Both the position numbers and the translations under genes were made by a program. From NCBI GenBank assembly GCA_000004985.1, contig GG738845.1: a DNA stretch of 64,000 nt; one strand, 5' to 3'. Positions 10,223-20,191 of the stretch are shown piece after piece (position 1 is the first letter of the stretch; every line of letters begins with the position of its first letter). Under the pieces are notes generated by a model, which saw only the letters and a program-made list of their open reading frames with translations, ran no database searches and was not told the origin of the DNA. The stretch comes from Naegleria gruberi (lineage: Eukaryota).

Positions 10223-12209
10223 TTAGTAATTTGTTCCTGTACACAAAGAGCATCCAAGAATACATTCCTCCCCGTTATCAGCATGATTTCCACCTGTTGG
10301 GCATTTACCAACACCAAGACATTTTGGAAGTTGATTTTTTGGGGTTTTTGTTAGAGCCTGAGTTTCTACTTGTTTTCTGTGGCATTTGTCACAAAAATGG
10401 GTTGTTCCCCAACAAAACCAAGTGGCCATATTACTGTTCTCAATGTTATTGATAGCATCTTTGATTTTAAACTTACCAACAGAATTTACACTTGTACGAA
10501 ATAAACTCAGCTCCATGCACTTCACAGACACCTTCTTGTCTAACCTTTTTAGCACAACAGGAACCACAAACAAGCTCCTCTGGATTGAAATTATCATCCT
10601 CATTCTGTTCTCCACATTGAATCTTTCCTCCGTAGTATGGACTTTTGCATTCATGGCACATGTAGAATGAAAAAGAGTTCATTGCATACTCTAAAGGTTT
10701 GTTATAATATTTTCCAGATGGAGACGTAATTTCCTCAATCTTTAAAAGACCCTCTTGCTCTAGTTTGACCAGTGATTTTTTTTCTATTATCGATTTGAGT
10801 GCTCTTACTTGGGTTGTTTCATCTTTTAGAGCTGGATGATGGATAGAAGTGTTGCATAGAGGACATTTCTCAAATGAAAAGCTCACTCTTGCCCCATGCC
10901 ATTTCTTTTCCAGCTTTTTCTTTATGCATTCAAAATGGAAAATATGTCCACAATTAAGCTGTATGCAAGGAGCATGATTCAAGGAGCTAATCCAACAAAT
11001 ATTGCAATAGTCATCACCACTTTGGCAAGTATCTCTTGAAGAGCAATTCAAACAGGGAAGGTGCTCAAATTCATCCTTAATTCCACAACAATGATGACCA
11101 CATGTATGCTTGTGATTGCAAGAATTCAGAGCTTTTTGCTTGCATTCTTCATTCTCACAAATATCACCATTGCAATTAATATCAATAGATGAATCACAAT
11201 ATCTACACCTTTTCGAAGAAAGGTATTCTAAAAATGTGTCACAAGTAAATCCTTCGTGATATGGAGATTTTAAGCATTTTGAGCAAAATTCTAAGGAGCA
11301 AACTCTACATCTAAATCTGAACTCTTCTTTGTGAATGTCATCTTCTTTGATTGGCCTTTTTTGAGATTCAAGTTCAGAAATGATTTCCTCTCTCTTCATG
11401 TGGATTCTTTCAACAATATTTTTACATGAAGAGTTTGGACAAGTAATAAAAGTGTTTCCGGTGTCAGCATTCTTCAATGCTCTCCTCAATTCCATATCTA
11501 ATAACTTTGAGTATTCTTTTTCAGAAAGAACCGAGGAAATTAATTGAGACGGTACTGTCTGACAGCATCCATTTGCTGGGCAAAGGATCGACAATTCATC
11601 AAAGTCCAAAGAGTCATCAGTTTCGTCCCCAAAGGAAAGAAAATACTTTCTCAAACATTCTTCACAAAATACATGAACACAACTCTCCATAAAGAATGAC
11701 ATGTCTATGGTCAAGTATTTACCACAACAATCACATTTCATTTTCTCCTCGTTTTCCAATTGTTTTTTATGCTCCTTAAGCTCTACCAAGTATATTTGCC
11801 TAGCCATCTGTTCATCCTTTCTTTGCTGATCCGGTGATGTAGTGCTAAATAAAAAAGCATCATAATAGGAAGTAAAATCTTTAGGCGAGTAAAGTTTTGG
11901 TTTTTTCTTACTTTGAGGAGTTAAGCAAGAAACCCCAGTAGACCTCAACATGTTCCTTAAATTAAGGCATTCATCAATATGTTGTTCAATATTTCTTGAA
12001 GAAAATTCTTTTTCACACACAGGGCAAGTAACCAGGGAATTTCTGGGTGTATTTAATTCCTCTCTGTTAGGAGTTGAGGGAGGAGAAAAAGAATAAAAAC
12101 ACTCTCCATCTGTGAAGCAGGTTGTGCTGGAGGTGTCATCCACATTATCATTAAGCATTTTTTTTGAAACCTTGTCCCTTAAAGGACATATTTGGCGGGC
12201 AATAATCAT
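10223..12209 (-). CDS. Multi-zinc-finger E3 ubiquitin ligase with a UBZ4-type finger plus RING/IBR-like fingers. Two exons, approximately complement(join(10223..10433,10477..12209))
   Basis: UBZ4-like CPVCEKEFSSRNIEQHIDECL. RING-like CDCCGKYL..CVHVFCEECLRKYF and CNICW..CGHIFHFECIKKKL..CPLCN, with several further Cys/His clusters. Track ORF 10473..12257 starts at TTG, and candidate ATGs are at 12209 and 12158. It ends at a TAA that is part of a minus-strand GTAAGT donor. Splicing to the AACAG acceptor (a ~43-nt intron) joins in frame to ORF 10223..10654 (..[18 protein letters not shown]..), which continues the Cys-rich domain. Confidence 0.65.
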
Positions 12210-12245
12210 CAAAAATAATTTTATTTTCCAATCAATCAAAAAAAA

Positions 12246-13190
12246 ATGAACAAACAAGCAGACAAAGAATTACAGCCAAATAACCTACCTGATGATTCGG
12301 AGAGTAAAAGAGAGCCAAAAACCCGAGACACCATGATTGCGGGTGCACTGGCTAGATGTGGTGCTGCCACAATAATGTATCCAATAGATGTTTGTAAAAC
12401 TAGAATGCAATTTCAGAGACGTTCCGCTCACTTTCATACAGTATACAGAAACAGTTTCCATTGTTTGTCTAGTATGATGAAAACAGAAAGATTTGGAATA
12501 TATAGAGGATTATCACTGCGATTGTTTTATATTGGTCCAGGTGCTGCAATTACATTTACAGCTTATGAAGGATATAAAAAACATGCAGAAAAAGCCAAAC
12601 AAAAAGGGGAAAGTATTCTTACATCTGGAGCCTTATATTCTCTAATTATTGGTGGATTGGGAAGAGCAGTCGAGTCAGGAATTAAAACTCCTTTCAACAT
12701 TATAAAACAACAATTGCAAGTTGAGGGACAATTGACAACCCAGTTCAACCGAGGATTGGTAAAATCAGTGAAACATATTATGGAAACAAAAGGAGTTGGT
12801 GGATTATTTGTTGGATATTCTGTTACACTTTGTAGAGATTTACCCTTCTCATTTCTATATTTTGCAAGTTATGAATTTATCAAAAACAAATCAGAAAATT
12901 ATTCCATTCCACTTCTCAAAGACTATGCTGCTGTTAGAGGTGCTATTGCTGGAAGTTTTGCATCTGTTTGTACTTTACCTTTTGATGTGATCAAAACAAG
13001 GATACAAACACAACACAAAATTTCATCCGATGCACACTATTCAGGTTATAAGGATGCTGTCTCTAAAATATTTAAACAAGAGGGTTTTGCTGGATTTTTT
13101 AGAGGTATAACTCCACGATTAATTTATACAATCCCGTCCACTAGTATTACATTCCATCTCTATGAAGTATTAAAAAATTATTTAAAATAA
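12246..13190 (+). CDS. Mitochondrial carrier family (SLC25) protein
   Basis: 314 aa with three carrier repeats carrying Px[DE]xx[KR]xR-type signatures (PIDVCKTRMQ, PFNIIKQQLQ, PFDVIKTRIQ). ATG at 12246 sits in an AAAAAAATG context. Confidence 0.85.
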   Translation: MNKQADKELQPNNLPDDSESKREPKTRDTMIAGALARCGAATIMYPIDVCKTRMQFQRRSAHFHTVYRNSFHCLSSMMKTERFGIYRGLSLRLFYIGPGAAITFTAYEGYKKHAEKAKQKGESILTSGALYSLIIGGLGRAVESGIKTPFNIIKQQLQVEGQLTTQFNRGLVKSVKHIMETKGVGGLFVGYSVTLCRDLPFSFLYFASYEFIKNKSENYSIPLLKDYAAVRGAIAGSFASVCTLPFDVIKTRIQTQHKISSDAHYSGYKDAVSKIFKQEGFAGFFRGITPRLIYTIPSTSITFHLYEVLKNYLK

Positions 13191-13622
13191 TTAACTACGG
13201 GTAGAGGATTGTACCAATCTCTTATACCTTTCACTTTGTTGTTCCGATAAGAATTTAGTTCTCCTATAAAATAACACCCCAATAACTATGATTAAAACAA
13301 ATATTGTACATTCAAAAATAATTAAATTTTGAACAGTAAAAGGAGTGTATATGATATCTGGCCTACAGCTTTCTTTTCTTTTGGTTTTTTCTTTTGGATC
13401 ATCTTTTTTGGTACACATGATCAAGTGGTAGTATTTGGTTGCATCACAATACTGATGCTTTAAATCATCCATTGTACAAGGAATACATTCCGATATTGTT
13501 TCACAAATAAATTGATGTCTAGGTATGGAGTGTGTTGATGAAGTTTCAGGTTGGGGATTTGCTAAAAGGAAAGGACAACAAATAAAAAGGATGGTAAGTG
13601 AGAGGAAAAAGTTTTTGATCAT
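13191..13622 (-). CDS. Small type-I membrane protein with a signal peptide, Cys-rich ectodomain and single TM
   Basis: 143 aa starting MIKNFFLSLTILFICCPFLLA. The ectodomain has multiple Cys, followed by a hydrophobic stretch (IIFECTIFVLIIVIGVLFY) and a basic tail. Its stop codon abuts the stop of the carrier gene on the other strand. Confidence 0.45.
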   Translation of the reverse strand: MIKNFFLSLTILFICCPFLLANPQPETSSTHSIPRHQFICETISECIPCTMDDLKHQYCDATKYYHLIMCTKKDDPKEKTKRKESCRPDIIYTPFTVQNLIIFECTIFVLIIVIGVLFYRRTKFLSEQQSERYKRLVQSSTRS

Positions 13623-13710
13623 TTTTTTTGTTCTATTAAATTTAAATCATCATAGTTGGCGCCCTTTATGTACATTATAAAAATTGTTGGCGCTCAAAAA
13701 ATCAAAAAAA

Positions 13711-15731
13711 ATGACTGACAATATGAGGTTCTCCTCGCTTACCTCACAATTTGTGCAGAAGCATTTGGAGGCTGAAACGTTATTTAAAGAAAGACTGAAA
13801 GAGTGCGATGATCGGATTCGAAAATTTGAAGCCACAATACAAGAATTAAAAGGGGAACTTGAAAAAAAGGAGAAAAATTATGAACAACTAAGAAACGATT
13901 GCGAGTATAATTATTTATTGGTTAAGGAGAGAGACCACGAATTGGCTACTGTTGAGAATGAGGCTTTAAAATTGAACGAACATAATTCAAGACTGTAAGT
14001 AAATAGATACACCTTTGTTTATGTTGTCACAGTAAACAAGAGCTAGAATCGTTACAAAAGGAAAAACTTGTGTTAGAAACAGAAAAAAAGAAGGAGAGTG
14101 CAAGAAATAATGAAATAGAGGTCTATTACCAGGAAAAGATGCAAGAGCTAAGAAATGATCAAGACCTTATAAAAAAAGAGTTAGAAGAGAAAAACCAAAT
14201 GATAATTAAAGAATTCGAAGTTACATTGAGAGATCAGCAAAGGCAATATGAATCAAAGTATGAATTATTGGAAAAGCAAAGAATTTCCCTAGAAAATGAT
14301 TTCAAAAACTCCTTGAATGAAAAAGATGATCAAATTAGAAAATTATTGCAACAGATAAGGGAAAAAGAACTCATAGCAAACAAATATATTTCTGAAAATG
14401 ATTCTATCAAGAGGAATTATTCATCAAAGATAAAATTACTGGAGGAGGAGAAACAATCCTTGGATCAAACCATCAATGAATTGATATTAAATCATAAGAA
14501 TCAGTTACAAGAGTTACAAAGAGAGTCATCCAAACAGCAGCAGCAATTGGTGGCATCTTATGAGCCTACTCTGCAAAGATTGAAACAAGATATTGAAGAA
14601 TCTCAAAATGTAATTAAAACGCAGAAAGAGAATATTAAACTTTATCAAAGACAATCAGACGACAATGAAAAACAGAGATTATTTGACATTAACTCACTAA
14701 GAAATGAGTATGAGGAAAAAATTAGAAAAAGAGAAAAAGACTACGAACAGTTGAAAGAAAAAGAATGGGAACTAACTCAAAAACTAGAGAGCAAGGAAAA
14801 TATTATCACTACTTTAAAAAAGAACTGCGAAGAAAATGCTAAAGATATGGAAAAACTTCAAGAGGATATTAAACAGGCCTTCGAAAGAGAAAATACTACA
14901 AAGAGAGAAGTGTTAAGATTAAATCTACAAATAGAACACGAAAAGGAAGCTAAAGTGAAAGAGATTTCAGATAAGCAAGATCAAATTCTACAAATATTCA
15001 GGAAGGAATTAGACGAAGCCAACGTGATAGTTGAAGACAAGGAAAGACAAATTGATGAATTAAGAAAAGAAATAATGATGCTAAATACTGAACTCTCCAT
15101 AGCCAACACTCTAAAATCAACCCCATACAACAAGCTTAAACCACAACAAAAATCGAATCAAAAATACCAACAAATGTTATCACAGGTGGAAGATGAGCTC
15201 GGTTTGGGTTCAATAGATTCTGTATCTTCCCCTTCTTCAATTGATGGCTTATCTGTAATTAATAAGGACGATTATAAGAATTCAATAGAAAATCATAATT
15301 ATTTGGAAAATAGCATGACATCTCCAATTGACAAACTCAAACTTAGCAGTGTGCACATTGATCAAATCACTAAAATGAACTCTCTAATGACAGAATTAAG
15401 ACTTGATCTGGAAAGTCAAAAAGAAAAGGTATTCAGAGCTGAAGAGAAACTGATCGATATGGCTACAGAAAATAAGATTCTGAGATCCAAGCTAAAGGAG
15501 GCTGTGAAAGATTTAAAACGAGTGTACAAAGAGAAAGAACAACTCACAGATATTAGTAACATGTTAAAATCTGAGCTGACAAAAACAAAAGAAGCCCTCT
15601 TTTATGCAAGAGAAGCAGCTGTATTAGTTAGTGTTGAAAAACCTGCCTCTCCCAAACCATCAAATGATAATCTAGGTGTAAATGGTAAATCAAAAACTAT
15701 CTCACAAAGAAAAAAGAAGCTAGGATATTAA
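13711..15731 (+). CDS. Coiled-coil protein. Two exons, approximately join(13711..13994,14033..15731)
   Basis: Track ORF 13684..13998 (TTG start; first ATG at 13711) ends at the TAA inside a GTAAGT donor. A 38-nt intron ending ..GTCACAG joins in frame to ORF 14070..15731. The product is about 650 aa of heptad-rich E/K/Q/L sequence. Confidence 0.6.
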
Positions 15732-15767
15732 ATGAAATACACTAAATATAAAGAACGAATTTAGTCT

Positions 15768-17675
15768 TTATTTATTATTCTTTTTTGCTAAGGCAAGTTG
15801 ACGACAATATTCAAAACGTTCCTTACAATCTTTTGCTGACTTTCCTGGAACAATCTCAGAAATTTTTTCCCATTTAGAATCACCCTTGAGTTCCTTGAAT
15901 TGTCTAATACCAGTCTCTAGAGCTTTTTGTTGAAGTGCTGTCCAATTTTCAGTTCCACTCGAGCTAGAATCAACATTATTTGTTTGATTATTGATATTAT
16001 ATTGTTCGTCCATTTTTTTTTCCTCTTCTCTTTTTTTGGCTGTTTGATTCTTTGAATTTGTCTTTTGAAAATCTCCAAAATAGTCTTTTTCTTCTCTCTT
16101 TGGTAGAACGTCTTGAATAGATGTCATTTTACGAATTTCTCCTGTTTTTTGTTGAACTTCTTCTGGTGTCTTGGTTTTAACATACTCAGCTACTTTGATC
16201 CATCTTTGTGGAGTGCCACCAGGAAACATTGATATAGCCTTTGCTAAAAGACTCAATTCCTCATGATTCCACTCTGAAGTCTTTTGTTTTTCATTCTTTT
16301 TTTGTTCTTGGGTTTGTTGTTTCTTGTCTTCTTCTTTTTTCTTGACAATTTCTCTCACCTTTGTCTCTAAATCATAAAAAGCAGTCACAAACTTTGAATC
16401 ATCTTTTGTTTTTTGAGCCTCTACAAATGTTGGTTCTAACTTTTGTACCATTTTTACCAAATTCTCAATGGGTAAATGGGTCAATACAAATTCAACATCC
16501 TCTGGTCTAATATTCGTCATTTTGTCTTGTTTTTTAACTGGCTTCATCAAAAGTAACAAATAAGGATCACACATTTCTCTCATTCTCTTGATAGTTTGAG
16601 TTTTTTCCTGTTGTTTTCTTTCATTTTCCTCTTTTTCTTTTTGCTTTTTCTCTCTTTCTTCTTGCTCAACTTTTTTAATTCTTTCCTCTTCTTCCTTTCG
16701 TTCCTTTTCTTCTCTTAATATTCTTTCCAACTCACGCTTGTTCTTTTCTTCCTCCTTTCTCTTACGCTCTTGTTCTATTTCTTCATTCTTTTTCTTTACT
16801 CTAGGATCATTTTTACGAGCAAGTTCAACCAAATCTGTGAGCTTTTTCTTCTCTTCCTTTTTTCTTTTTTGATTAATTTTGTCGTTTTGACGTTTCATCC
16901 AACGACGTTCCTCTCTAGAATCAGCAGTTGATTCGTCATATTCACTTTCGCCACTGAAGTCACGCCAACTTTTAAAGGTTGACCAAAAAACATAAAATCT
17001 TTCCAATTCCTCAAAAGAAGTTTTCATATCACCTAACTTTGGAACATTTGGGAAAGAACGTGACCATTTAGACCATCTCTCAAAAACTGGAGCAAAGGTG
17101 GAGAAGAATCTCTTTTGTTCCTCTTCTTCAGTAAGAGGAGTTGAAGGAGCAGAGTAAGTTGGAATTGAATCATCAAAAGGTTCACTTGAATCATAACATA
17201 ATTTCTTTCTCTCATCTAATAACGTTTCATATGCACGAGTTAAAGCTTTAAACATGGTATCATCTCCACTAGTTGTTTCACCATTTTCTCCTGTTTTTTT
17301 GAAATGGTCAGGGTGATACTCTTTTACTTTCTTCTTGTAGGCTTTACGAATATCATCAGGAGTTGAAAGCCAACGTTTTTCCAATCCTAATATTTCATAA
17401 TAGTCATAATCTTCCTCTTCTTTTTCGTATCCTTCACTATTCTTTATCATTCTCTTCTTTTTCATTAATTTTTGAACATCTACACCAGCATTAATTTCGT
17501 CATCATCAGAATCATCAGAGTCAGCCGATGAGGATTGTGATGTTTTTTTACTATATTTGTTATTAACATCATGAGTTTGTTGAAATAACATTTGGAAGAA
17601 TCCACGGCCAATATATTGTTCAACTTTACTCAGATCCAACTCATTATTGACAGCGTCTTTTGTTGATGCACTCAT
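15768..17675 (-). CDS. DNAJC2: DnaJ homolog subfamily C member 2 (zuotin/MPP11-like ribosome-associated J protein)
   Basis: J domain with HPD (DYYEILGLEKR...KKKVKEYHPDHFKK), a central charged region, and two C-terminal SANT/Myb-like domains (WNHEELSLLAKAISMFPGGTPQRW.. and WTALQQKALETGIRQF..KWEKISEIVPGKSAKDCKERF). The true ATG is at 17675 (MSASTKD). The track start at 17831 lies upstream of it. Confidence 0.85.
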   Translation of the reverse strand: MSASTKDAVNNELDLSKVEQYIGRGFFQMLFQQTHDVNNKYSKKTSQSSSADSDDSDDDEINAGVDVQKLMKKKRMIKNSEGYEKEEEDYDYYEILGLEKRWLSTPDDIRKAYKKKVKEYHPDHFKKTGENGETTSGDDTMFKALTRAYETLLDERKKLCYDSSEPFDDSIPTYSAPSTPLTEEEEQKRFFSTFAPVFERWSKWSRSFPNVPKLGDMKTSFEELERFYVFWSTFKSWRDFSGESEYDESTADSREERRWMKRQNDKINQKRKKEEKKKLTDLVELARKNDPRVKKKNEEIEQERKRKEEEKNKRELERILREEKERKEEEERIKKVEQEEREKKQKEKEENERKQQEKTQTIKRMREMCDPYLLLLMKPVKKQDKMTNIRPEDVEFVLTHLPIENLVKMVQKLEPTFVEAQKTKDDSKFVTAFYDLETKVREIVKKKEEDKKQQTQEQKKNEKQKTSEWNHEELSLLAKAISMFPGGTPQRWIKVAEYVKTKTPEEVQQKTGEIRKMTSIQDVLPKREEKDYFGDFQKTNSKNQTAKKREEEKKMDEQYNINNQTNNVDSSSSGTENWTALQQKALETGIRQFKELKGDSKWEKISEIVPGKSAKDCKERFEYCRQLALAKKNNK

Positions 17676-17698
17676 ATTTTTTTTCAACTTCAAAAATA

Positions 17699-19033
17699 AT
17701 GCCCAGCTTCTTCGCCGACATCTATGCAAGAAGGCAGGAAGGATCTCTTGCTTCCACAACCACACACAACAAGGAAAACAATATTTTACTAATAGATGAT
17801 GAAGAACAATATGATGATACTTCTGTTGCAAATCCCATCAATGATAATAATTTATTCACTACAAACAAGTACCATCAGGTTCAGAGAGCTCCTCAAATTT
17901 TAAATAACAGGAAGTGGTATACATGGATATTTCCAATAATTGCTTTTATTTTAATTATTTGGGTTGTTTTAGGTTATGTATTTGGATTTCTTTTACCTAT
18001 TATTATTTCTTCTTCGGAAACAGTATTCGTCAGAGTACTTCATAGTTTCTACTTTATTTTATTTTCGTTTATGTCTGTGTGTATTATTTATCCATTCATC
18101 AAGTGTATATTTACAAATCCTGGATTTGTATTTAAAGATGATAAAGTATGGCGACTTTCAAAGGATCAAATCAAACATTACAAAAAACGAGGACCTGGAT
18201 TTATTGCTGATTTGGAAAAGGAAATCAAACAAATTATGAGCTACAGAAATGAAATCAGAGATTTAATAAATGGATCACAGGAGGTTGAAGTGGACGAAAA
18301 TAGTCAGGAAATCCATCAAGAGGATTTATCATTCAATGATTCTTTAACGTCAGAATTGAACTCAAGAGGTCAAGGTATGTTATTATTTCTATCATAACTT
18401 CAACCTTAATCGATCATTTAGTTAGAATTTGCGAGAAATGTTGGATTAGAAAACCAGATCGTAGGTGAGTTGTTTAGTAGTACTTAATTATTGATTGTCA
18501 ATAGTCATCATTGCAGACAATTGAATTGTTGTGTTTTGAGAATGGACCACTTCTGTCCATGGTTCAATAACTGTATAGGATATTACAACCACAAATATTT
18601 CTTTACATTTCTTTCATGGATAGCCATTACAGGGTTTTTCATTGTTGCAACAATGTCTAAAGTCATGTTCAAGACACTTCAACAACATGGATCCCAAAGT
18701 ACATTTAATTTCTTTACTTTCAATAATCTATGGGTCTATATTTTGAGCTTTTGCTTTGGTTTCTCAATGTTTTTCTTTGCTGGCTATCATTTTAAACTTA
18801 TAATTTGCAATACCACTACCATTGAATCTTTAGATAAGGAGAGAAGATTATATGAACAACATCACTGTGAGGCTCCCTATGATATTGGTGTATTGAGAAA
18901 TATTAAATCAATACTGGGAGATAATCCAATTTTATGGCTTTCCCCTTTCCACATTGATTATGAGGGAGATGGATGCCATTATCCATTGAAATCATCCAAC
19001 AACTATGAGGTTGTTGCTTCAGTTGATAATTAA
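17699..19033 (+). CDS. zDHHC-type palmitoyltransferase. Three exons, approximately join(17699..18374,18422..18464,18505..19033)
   Basis: Exon 1 carries TM helices and a DPG-like 'NPG' motif. A 43-nt micro-exon encodes [11 protein letters not shown]. Exon 3 continues [33 protein letters not shown], the CRD with a DHFC variant of DHHC, followed by more TM helices. Introns are GTATGT..TTTAG (~47 nt) and GTGAGT..CAATAG (~40 nt). First ATG is at 17699, and the track's earlier M is not ATG. Confidence 0.8.
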
Positions 19034-19303
19034 TATTTTCTAAAATTCATAAGAATAAACTCTAAAACCACAATAGTAGAAAAAATTTGGAGAGAATGAA
19101 AAGACGAGAGTTCATACTTCTGTAATCAAAACAATGATGATACGATTCTAACTGCGTTATCTTTCCGATAGTAATATGAGGACGCAAAACATCGATTTGC
19201 ACGTCAGACTGATAATGGTCAAATACTTGTGTTAATAATGCTGTGTTTTATTATTTAAAATGATAATAATTTTAGAGAATAAAATATTTAAATAAAGAAA
19301 AAA

Positions 19304-20104
19304 ATGGTTGAAGCCACTCCTATTATCAAAGTCAAAAACGCTTTAAAATTTTCAAAAATCCCAACAAGGCCAAAGAGATTCGACAAAGGTCTCTACCACG
19401 ACACATTAATTCAAACTGGTAACCAAAGAAGTTTTTCGGAAAGAAAAACTAAGAGAAAATGGATGCCAAACTCTCACTGGGTTAAACTTTATAGTGAAGC
19501 TTTGGATACTAGAGTTCAATTGAGAGCCACATCCAAGGCTTTGCGTTGTATTGACAAGTCAGGTGGTCTTGATAATTATTTAATTGAAACTAGACCAGAG
19601 CTTGTTGGATCAAGATATGGCATTTGGTTAAAGAGAAAGATTTTAGCACAACAAGTTGAAAATAAGAAGGAAAAGGAATTGAATGAACGTTTGGAATCAA
19701 CAGCACAAAGCTTGGCTACATTTTTGAAGGAAAATCCTTCCGAATATGAGCAAGTTATTAATTTTGAAAGACAGCAATCTAACGGAGAACAATTGCTTCA
19801 ATACTTTAACTCACTCTCTCAAGACCAACAAAATCATTTGTTAAAACTTCAAGAAACTGAAATTCAAAATTTGAAACAAGGTTTAAAGAAGAAGAACTTC
19901 TTAGCAACTCTCGAAAGAAAGAAGCCAAAACAAGTAAAGAAGGAAGAAAGAGAATTGAAGAAGAATACCTACGTTTACGATATCCACTTGAGTGAAGCAA
20001 AGAGACGAGCTCTCACTTCAAGAAGACAAAAGAATATTCAAGAATACGAAAAATTACAAAAGATGGGCAAGGCTCAAGATGCTGCTGTGCAAGAAAATAT
20101 ATAA
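19304..20104 (+). CDS. Mitochondrial ribosomal protein bL28m
   Basis: The bL28 signature GNQRSFSERKTKRKWMPNSHWVKLYSEALDTRVQLRATSKALRCIDKSGGLDNYL matches the GN.vShs..kTkR.w.PNl...l.se.l...v.lrvs.kalR.IdK.GGLD.YL pattern. The length and basic composition fit the mitochondrial L28/MRPL24 family. Confidence 0.7.
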   Translation: MVEATPIIKVKNALKFSKIPTRPKRFDKGLYHDTLIQTGNQRSFSERKTKRKWMPNSHWVKLYSEALDTRVQLRATSKALRCIDKSGGLDNYLIETRPELVGSRYGIWLKRKILAQQVENKKEKELNERLESTAQSLATFLKENPSEYEQVINFERQQSNGEQLLQYFNSLSQDQQNHLLKLQETEIQNLKQGLKKKNFLATLERKKPKQVKKEERELKKNTYVYDIHLSEAKRRALTSRRQKNIQEYEKLQKMGKAQDAAVQENI

Positions 20105-20191
20105 ATTTAATATTAAATTTAAAGGTTACTAAGAATTATTAATTTAGTCTCGGAATGAGAGGGCTCAACTGTTTTATGCAATTTAAAAAAA

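Noticed and set aside
12257-12257. ORF-track start positions shown as 'M' at 4740, 12257, 13684, 17660, 27713, 40182, 44523 and 22947/23333
   Set aside because: Inspection of the codons shows TTG or GTG, not ATG, at these positions. They are artefacts of an ORF caller allowing alternative starts. Downstream in-frame ATGs with A-rich context, or upstream exons, were used instead.
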